Origin: Candidatus Thorarchaeota archaeon
GTDB taxonomy: Archaea > Asgardarchaeota > Thorarchaeia > Thorarchaeales > Thorarchaeaceae
Assembly (NCBI GenBank): GCA_003345555.1
Contig: PRDJ01000077.1
Span: 1-32,000 of the forward strand
Direction: 5' to 3'
DNA: 32,000 bases
This document shows positions 25,919 through 32,000 of the stretch, one piece after another. The position numbers and the translations under genes were made by a program. Below the pieces are notes generated by a model. It did not search any database, was not told where the DNA came from, and saw only the letters and a list, made by a program, of their open reading frames with translations. Position 1 is the stretch's first letter, and the number at the start of each line of letters is the position of its first letter.

Positions 25919-27226
25919 CTAGATGGATGCGTACTTCTCCCATTCCCAGTCCGTGACACACTTGCTTGTGTATTCTATCCACTCTTCCTGCTTGATCTTG
26001 ATATAGGCCTGAAACAGCTGGGGACCTAGAGTGTCTCTGATTACTGTGTCCTGCTCCAAGAATCTTAATGCGTCTTCGAGGGTTCTTGGCAAGACGCCAA
26101 TCCCAAATCCTTCTCTATCTTCATCTGTTAGGCCAAAGATATCCTCTGTACGAGGTTCGGGGGGAGGCAGATTCCGTTCAACGCCATCCATGCCTGCCGC
26201 GATTATTGCGGCAAACATAAGGTACGGGTTGCATGTCGAGTCGGGTGACCTGATTTCGACCGCTGCCTTCTGGCTATCTGTGAACAGTGGTATTCTCACC
26301 AGAGTAGTGCGATTCCTGTAACCCCACGAAATGTACACGGGTGCTTCCATGTGAGGAACCAGTCTCTTATACGAGTTCACTGAAGGATTCGCAATCGCAG
26401 TAATAGCCTGAGCATGCTCAAGGAGTCCGGCAACGAAGCTCTTTCCCGTCTCAGAGAGACCTGACCCGGTTTCTGAACCGAAGAGGTTCTGCTTTCCATC
26501 CCACAACTGCAGATGAGCATGCAGGCCGCTTCCTGCAGATTCCGGAAACGGCTTCGGCATGAACGTGACGTCGAACCCGTGGTCTCGGGCAACAGCATGA
26601 GCGAGGTTTCGGAAGACCACGGCAGAATCTGATATCTTCCTCACATCGTCAAAGTCGATTTCGATTTCATGTTGAGATTCCCCGCCCTCGTGATGCAATA
26701 CGAGAGGGTGCACACCCACGTCCCTTATTGATGAGGCTATGTCCATGAGCGCATCTGCGGCGGGGTTGGCAGGATATGTGTCTGCATAGTGTCCGGAATC
26801 CAATCTCTCCCCCTCTTCTGTTATGAAGTAGAATTCGGGTTCAAGCTTGACCCTAAGATGCATCTGTCCTGGAAGTAGGTTGTTGCAGACGGAGTATAAC
26901 AATCCCCGAGAATCCTTGGGGTGATAAAGTCCGCTGTCTGAGGAGGTTGCCTTCTCTTTTATGAAACACATTACTGCAGCTATTCTTTGTGAGGCATACG
27001 GGAGTTCTATGAGTGTGGTCAAGTCTGGATCGAGTCTAAGGTCCGACGACTCAACACTGGCCATGCCAGCAATGGAGCTGCCATCTACACTTGCACCCTT
27101 TCTCAGGACTGGATCCCTACTGAGTGTTTCCAGAGAGTCGGCGGGTTCACAAGGCACAATCATGGCCTTAAGGCGACCCAACAGGTCTACAAAGCGCATC
27201 TCAACATAGTCAATGGTTTCGGACAC
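25919..27226 (-). CDS. glnA: Glutamine synthetase, type I family
   Basis: DGSSI, EPEFYF, HHE...QHEI, FMPKP...GSGLHAH, NSYKRLVP..EAP, RNRT.LVRIP and EIRSPD..NPYL. Confidence 0.92.
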   Translation of the reverse strand: MSETIDYVEMRFVDLLGRLKAMIVPCEPADSLETLSRDPVLRKGASVDGSSIAGMASVESSDLRLDPDLTTLIELPYASQRIAAVMCFIKEKATSSDSGLYHPKDSRGLLYSVCNNLLPGQMHLRVKLEPEFYFITEEGERLDSGHYADTYPANPAADALMDIASSIRDVGVHPLVLHHEGGESQHEIEIDFDDVRKISDSAVVFRNLAHAVARDHGFDVTFMPKPFPESAGSGLHAHLQLWDGKQNLFGSETGSGLSETGKSFVAGLLEHAQAITAIANPSVNSYKRLVPHMEAPVYISWGYRNRTTLVRIPLFTDSQKAAVEIRSPDSTCNPYLMFAAIIAAGMDGVERNLPPPEPRTEDIFGLTDEDREGFGIGVLPRTLEDALRFLEQDTVIRDTLGPQLFQAYIKIKQEEWIEYTSKCVTDWEWEKYASI

Positions 27227-27300
27227 CGTTGTTCTGCCCTCGAGTATTGTGTCCGGTCAGCCGACGAAAGGGCTATTTTAAGACTGCTCCCTGATGCAGT

Positions 27301-27612
27301 TCAGCCCCAAAGCTCCTTGTACCACGCCGCTGCTTGCTCTCCAAGTTCAATCTTTATGGACCCACTGGCGACACTTGTGTCTCCTCCCTCGACTATTTCG
27401 AAGTTCATGGCTGCAATCCTGATTGCTTTCTTCTCAAGATGCACATTGGATATGTTGCGCGCATGAAGTCTGGCGACTCTCTTTCCGCCGTCAATTATGA
27501 GAAGTAGATTCTCATATGTTACATCACATTTCATGCTGAATCCGGTTTCTCTGAAGTCACCCACGTGAGTCAGAAGATTGACAAATTCGGCCTTGACCTT
27601 CTCTGCTCTCAT
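27301..27612 (-). CDS. Hypothetical beta-rich protein, possibly PH-like fold
   Basis: 103 aa with an alternating beta-strand pattern and a C-terminal helix AAAWYKEL. Confidence 0.6.
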   Translation of the reverse strand: MRAEKVKAEFVNLLTHVGDFRETGFSMKCDVTYENLLLIIDGGKRVARLHARNISNVHLEKKAIRIAAMNFEIVEGGDTSVASGSIKIELGEQAAAWYKELWG

Positions 27613-27725
27613 AGAGTCTACACGGCCGAGGATGACGTTTCCTGTGCTTTATGAACTTCTGTGTCTAGGCCAGAATTATCCTGCGAGGGCCGTAAAACAG
27701 AAACGCCTCTGATTCGTACAACAAA

Positions 27726-28550
27726 GTGACCATGATACCAAAGGGTTTGCACATAGGTACCTCCGGGTGGAGCTACAAGAAAGACTGGGCTGGTGTCTTC
27801 TATCACGGCAGCATGCCGATGCTCCAGCAGTATTTAGACTACTTCGATACTGCTGAGATAAATTCAACATTCTACGCTTTGCCAAAGCCAGAATTCGTGG
27901 GCCATCTAGCCAGTTCTCTCAGAGCAAGTGTCTTCTTTGCTGCGAAGATGCCGCGGGCAGTCACTCACGACAACCGGCTTGACTTGAGTGGTGAAGGTGG
28001 AACCGCACTAAACGAGTTCCTCACTTTGATGACCCCGCTGGAGAAGCATTTGGCAGTGTTGCTGGTTCAGTTGCCTCCCTGGGAACCGTCAAGACTAGGA
28101 GATCTAGAGTCATTCCTTGCAAACCTTGATCCGAAGTTCAGGTATGCTGTCGAGTTCCGGCACGAGTCGTGGTTGACGGCACACACATGGAAAACCCTTG
28201 AGGATCATAATGTTGGATATGTGATTGTTGATGAACCCAGGCTCTCAATTGACTTACGTGTGACGACAGATTTCTCATATATTCGATGGCATGGCCACGG
28301 CAATAGACCTTGGTACAACTATCGTTATTCTATAGAGGAGCTCCAAGAATGGCAACCCCGGCTTGAACAATTGGGTGACATGACTAAGAGCATTCTGGGG
28401 TATTTCAACAACCACTTTAGTGGTAATGCTCCCTTGAATGCATTGCAGATGCTAAAGCTGATGAATCTGACGAGTCCGGCGCAAGAGGCAAAGCTTGAAC
28501 GGATCTTGGGTCGCGGCGAAGCTGTCCAGGCGTCTCTGGACGAGTTTTGA
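27726..28550 (+). CDS. DUF72 (YecE-like) family protein
   Basis: IGTSGWSY, EINSTFYALP, KMPRAVTH, LVQLPP, AVEFRHESW, YIRWHG and YFNNH. Confidence 0.93.
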   Translation: MTMIPKGLHIGTSGWSYKKDWAGVFYHGSMPMLQQYLDYFDTAEINSTFYALPKPEFVGHLASSLRASVFFAAKMPRAVTHDNRLDLSGEGGTALNEFLTLMTPLEKHLAVLLVQLPPWEPSRLGDLESFLANLDPKFRYAVEFRHESWLTAHTWKTLEDHNVGYVIVDEPRLSIDLRVTTDFSYIRWHGHGNRPWYNYRYSIEELQEWQPRLEQLGDMTKSILGYFNNHFSGNAPLNALQMLKLMNLTSPAQEAKLERILGRGEAVQASLDEF

Positions 28551-28648
28551 CTGCTGCTGCAGAGGCCTCCAATCTCCTGAGGGCTGTTCACCTCGAAAGG
28601 CTAATAAGGCCACCCAAGGGTCGGGTGCTGAGTCAGGTGAACCAGCAC

Positions 28649-29095
28649 ATGAACCCTGATGTTGGAAACGAACCTACCGTCAAATCATCGAGAACACTGC
28701 AACCCCGGCCAGGTCGTGGTTTCAGTCTTGGTGAGATTAACGAAGCTGGACTCGCCTTGAAGACCGCACGGGCGATGGGCCTTATTGTTGATATGCGTAG
28801 AGAGACGTCGCATGAGGATAACATTGAAGCTCTCAAGCAATACATGAAGGCAGCGGGTGAACGTGCACTAGCCCGACCAGCAGGACCAGCACCGCTAGTA
28901 GATACCGATGCTGTGATTACGGAACTGACTTCGATTCGAGCGGTGAAGAAGGCGGATGCGGCGAAGCTTGTCGACGCAGGAATAAGGTCACTCTCAGATC
29001 TTGCGTACTGTGAAATCGGTAAAGTGTCAAAGAAGACAGGTATTGAGAAGGAGCGCCTGACTGCCATAGTGCGGGCTGCGCTCAAGAAAGTCTAG
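28649..29095 (+). CDS. rpl13e: Ribosomal protein eL13 with C-terminal helix-hairpin-helix domain
   Basis: GRGFSLGEINEAGL...GLIVDMRRETSHEDNIEAL is L13e; LTSIRAVKKADAAKLVDAGIRSLSDLA...KKTGI is HhH. ATG 28649 follows SD AGGTGA. Confidence 0.9.
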   Translation: MNPDVGNEPTVKSSRTLQPRPGRGFSLGEINEAGLALKTARAMGLIVDMRRETSHEDNIEALKQYMKAAGERALARPAGPAPLVDTDAVITELTSIRAVKKADAAKLVDAGIRSLSDLAYCEIGKVSKKTGIEKERLTAIVRAALKKV

Positions 29096-29122
29096 GATTA
29101 TGTTTCGTACTATACGTGGGGT

Positions 29123-30232
29123 ATGGTCAATTTGGACCCCAGCCGAGTCATAGAAGTCTTGCACAACCCGCCTAGTGTCGGGCGTCCGACCATTCTGCCT
29201 GACTTCTTTCTAGATCACTTCGTCATAACCGGGTCTCTTGACGAGTTCATTCAAGGTCTCAAGCGTTTGGCTGAACAAGGGGGCGGAAACCTGACTGGCA
29301 CTACCCACTTGATTCGACGAGGCGGTAACTCAGTCAACACAGCCTCGGCTCTCCTCACACTTGGGATGAACCCCTGCCTGATTGTAAAGACCGATAGGCA
29401 GGGCGCTTCATTGCTGAGGAGTCTGGTAAGCCCCCAATTGGACCTCGGTCACCTACATGTAGACGGACGTCTCTCAGCAACGGTCTCCATTGAAGCTGAG
29501 AATCGCGGTAGGAGGGTGGACCTCATGGTAAGTGATAGCGGGTCGGCATTTGACTTCTCCTACTTTGATCTGACAGAGTCCGATATCCAAGCAGTCTTAG
29601 GGAGTCCTCTCGTGGCTCTTCTTTGTTTGAACCACAATAGGAACGCTCCGAAGCTTGCAGAGGATTTGTTTTCGAAAGTGCACTCCGACTCGAAAGCGCT
29701 CACCTTCATGGACATGGGCGATCCATCATCCAATGTAAGCATTGTTGAGCCGCTCGCAAAGAGGGTAGTGTCAGAAGGCTTGGTCGACATTCTTGGAATG
29801 AACGAGAATGAAGCAGGATGGTTTGCCCAAGCGATAACCGGCGAGGTCGATAAGTGGCGAGACACACCCACGCGCCCCGAGAAGTGGCTTTCTGCGGCCA
29901 AGCTTGTTTCACATGAGACCGGAGTGCGCGTAGATTTTCACACGCCGCACTTCACTGCAACCTTGGAGGATGATGCGGTTACTGCATTACCCGCGTTTGA
30001 CGTACCTGTGCAAGTCACCTGTGGCGCTGGAGACGCATGGAATGCTGGGAATATCTTTGGAACCCTTGTCCATTTGGAGACCAGAGACCGTCTTCTCCTG
30101 TCGAACTCCGTTGCGGCTATGTATGTCTCTTCTGCTTCAGCGGTCCATCCAACCCGCGAGGCATTGATTCAGTTCCTTAAGGGGAAGCAGGCACTGTCAA
30201 ACATCGGCAGTAAGCTAATTAGAGCTCTCTGA
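29123..30232 (+). CDS. PfkB/ribokinase-family carbohydrate kinase
   Basis: RRGGNSVNTA, MNENEA and VTCGAGDAWNAG (anion-hole motif). Confidence 0.88.
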   Translation: MVNLDPSRVIEVLHNPPSVGRPTILPDFFLDHFVITGSLDEFIQGLKRLAEQGGGNLTGTTHLIRRGGNSVNTASALLTLGMNPCLIVKTDRQGASLLRSLVSPQLDLGHLHVDGRLSATVSIEAENRGRRVDLMVSDSGSAFDFSYFDLTESDIQAVLGSPLVALLCLNHNRNAPKLAEDLFSKVHSDSKALTFMDMGDPSSNVSIVEPLAKRVVSEGLVDILGMNENEAGWFAQAITGEVDKWRDTPTRPEKWLSAAKLVSHETGVRVDFHTPHFTATLEDDAVTALPAFDVPVQVTCGAGDAWNAGNIFGTLVHLETRDRLLLSNSVAAMYVSSASAVHPTREALIQFLKGKQALSNIGSKLIRAL

Positions 30233-30277
30233 CAAGACTGCTTTGGTGTTTGCAGGTCAGAGGAAGGAAGTGCTCCC

Positions 30278-31210
30278 TTGGCGCTTGAACATATCCTTGG
30301 TAAGTTGAAGTACGACGGTTCCGTCACCGGGTTTGCACTTCTGACCAACAATGGTCAACCCTTTCTGTCGTTCTCCTTACCAGAGGAATTGCTTCCTCAG
30401 ATCCATGGTGCCTTGAGAATTCACGCATCATCACTGAAACTAGTCAATGTGATGACGAAACAAGGAACTCTGATTCTGGCCCGAGTGGATCCAAACTGGA
30501 TACTTGCTGTACACTTCTCAGAGGAATCACTGGGGTCGGCTCTTCAGAAGACTAAAACGGTTGTGGATATGCTCGAGCAAGTCGAGCTGCCTCCGCCACC
30601 ATCCAACATTGCCACCGAGTTGCCTGTCGAGGCTGTGGAGGAAGTGCCTGAAGACCTCAGCCCCGAGATTGAGAAGATGAAGGCTGCCACGATAACAGAG
30701 GGTGCAGAGGTAGGTGTACCCGAGGCAGGTCTCGTTGTTGTCAGGCATGGCTGTATCGTGCACCACGGACCAAGGTACACCGATGCCGTTACTCTCGGCT
30801 CACCTCTCAATCGACTGCTCAAAGACAAATCGGCAAAGTTCGCGGTCGACGTGCTCTTGCTGGCGGATGAGAAACGGACTGTCTTCAAGATATCACAAGA
30901 ACTCGGAAAATCTGTTGAAAGAGTGATTGATGTCGTGACTTGGTGTGTATCGGAGCGTATCTTGACCGTTGAATGTCCGGAAGAGCAGGAAGCCGGGGTT
31001 GCACCGATAGTTGAATACCCATTATATGAGGGCGACCTGAAAAAGGCCAAGAAAGAGCATCAGGCAGTCCTCATGTTATGCGACGGTGTTCACACTGTTC
31101 AGGACATAGCAGCGGAGCTCAACATACCATACTTCAAGGCATTGCAGAGCATCGTACCATATCGAGGAAAGACTGTCAAGTTTGTTGGCAAAGACAAAGC
31201 TGGCGAATGA
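30278..31210 (+). CDS. Roadblock/longin-like domain plus tandem winged-helix protein
   Basis: The N-terminal ~100 aa has an alpha-beta-beta-alpha-beta-beta-beta-alpha pattern (VTGFALLTNNG...GTLILARVDPNWILAVH). An acidic/Pro linker follows, then ADEKRTVFKISQELG and CDGVHTVQDIAAEL HTH-like repeats. Confidence 0.65.
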   Translation: MALEHILGKLKYDGSVTGFALLTNNGQPFLSFSLPEELLPQIHGALRIHASSLKLVNVMTKQGTLILARVDPNWILAVHFSEESLGSALQKTKTVVDMLEQVELPPPPSNIATELPVEAVEEVPEDLSPEIEKMKAATITEGAEVGVPEAGLVVVRHGCIVHHGPRYTDAVTLGSPLNRLLKDKSAKFAVDVLLLADEKRTVFKISQELGKSVERVIDVVTWCVSERILTVECPEEQEAGVAPIVEYPLYEGDLKKAKKEHQAVLMLCDGVHTVQDIAAELNIPYFKALQSIVPYRGKTVKFVGKDKAGE

Positions 31211-31233
31211 CGAACAGAACGGAGGACTAACAA

Positions 31234-31740
31234 ATGGGCGTCAAAGGTTCATTGGCTTGGAGTTTGAAAATCCCGAAAGTATCGAAACCACTGTTTCAGG
31301 CAACTTACAGAGAACTCATGAATTACCTGATCCAGACAAGTTCAAACGTTGATGAAATCAATCAGAAACTGAAGGAGATAGGCTTCAAGGTCGGAGAATA
31401 TCTCCTTATGGACTATGCAGACAGGATAAGGAAGCATGCAGTAGCATTTCATCAATTTGCATCGACTCTTCAGCTAGCATACAAAGTGAATTCGGGACAG
31501 GAGTTTACTTCTATTTGGATCAGCGATGACCGTCGCGTGGTCAAGTTTACAGACGTAAAGTGCCCGATATGCGAAGGCGTTGAAATCAAGGACTTGCCCG
31601 GACTGCAATACTGCAATCTTGTGAGCGGCGTATTCCAAGCTGTTCTTACGCTTAGAGGTTTCAATGGCGATTCCTATCAGGAGTCTTGCAGGGCTGTTGG
31701 AGACGACGCATGCACATGGACTATCAAGTTGCTTGAGTGA
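31234..31740 (+). CDS. TRAPP Bet3-like / V4R domain protein
   Basis: LFQATYRELM...VDEINQKLKEIGFKVGEYLLMDY resembles Bet3 LFxLTYGxLV...VNKQLDKMGFNIGVRLIEDF; V4R cysteines CPIC, YC and C-x7-C. Confidence 0.8.
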   Translation: MGVKGSLAWSLKIPKVSKPLFQATYRELMNYLIQTSSNVDEINQKLKEIGFKVGEYLLMDYADRIRKHAVAFHQFASTLQLAYKVNSGQEFTSIWISDDRRVVKFTDVKCPICEGVEIKDLPGLQYCNLVSGVFQAVLTLRGFNGDSYQESCRAVGDDACTWTIKLLE

Positions 31741-31860
31741 CGATACTGACAGTCTGCGGTCTACTATCACAGAATGCCCCCTTGCCAATAACAGCTAACA
31801 TATCTTAAAATGGACTAATCACAAGGCAGTGTATGCCACGTGCCTTAGGGTGAGTCAGGA

Positions 31861-32000
31861 TTGGGTCAGTTCATTGGTACCCTTGTGGGTCTGATTGTAG
31901 GATTTGTGCTCTCTTTCGCTATTCTTACGCTCGGGACCGTAATGCCTGAAGCGCTGATTCCTTCTAGCATAGTGGCAGATTTTCTTTCGCGTCCCGACCT
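31861..32000 (+). CDS. Membrane protein, N-terminal fragment (runs off the window)
   Basis: TTG follows SD GGTGA; MGQFIGTLVGLIVGFVLSFAILTLG is hydrophobic; the frame is open to the window end. Confidence 0.5.
   Translation, partial: MGQFIGTLVGLIVGFVLSFAILTLGTVMPEALIPSSIVADFLSRPD

Noticed and set aside
1-32000. CRISPR array, rRNA, IS/transposase or catalytic integrase
   Set aside because: No regularly spaced repeats, rRNA signature sequences, DDE motifs or tyrosine-recombinase catalytic motifs were seen.

Overview
Gene-dense, roughly 50% GC chromosomal segment from an archaeon, very likely Asgard (Thorarchaeia-like). This placement is inferred from eIF5A, Nob1, eL13, MfnA, a PAC2 proteasome chaperone, BHB-intron tRNAs, a Bet3/TRAPP-like V4R protein and a roadblock/longin-like protein. 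Most genes are housekeeping or metabolic: nikR with a nikMQO ECF transporter, peroxiredoxin, NAD kinase, glutamine synthetase, a CDF transporter, a PfkB kinase and oxidoreductases. Two tRNA genes (His-GUG, Leu-CAG) carry non-canonical introns. The standout observations are: (1) a second, truncated tRNA-Leu 5' half with its own compensated BHB intron, which together with the intact gene brackets a ~1.6 kb islet; (2) a GNAT acetyltransferase fused to an SSB/RPA-type OB fold; (3) a roadblock/longin plus tandem winged-helix gene (NPRL2-like layout) directly upstream of a Bet3-like gene; (4) a THAP-like C2CH zinc finger; and (5) two integrase-SAM-like/DUF4332 paralogues. No CRISPR array, rRNA or transposase was seen. 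All family calls come from motif recognition by eye; no database search was run.
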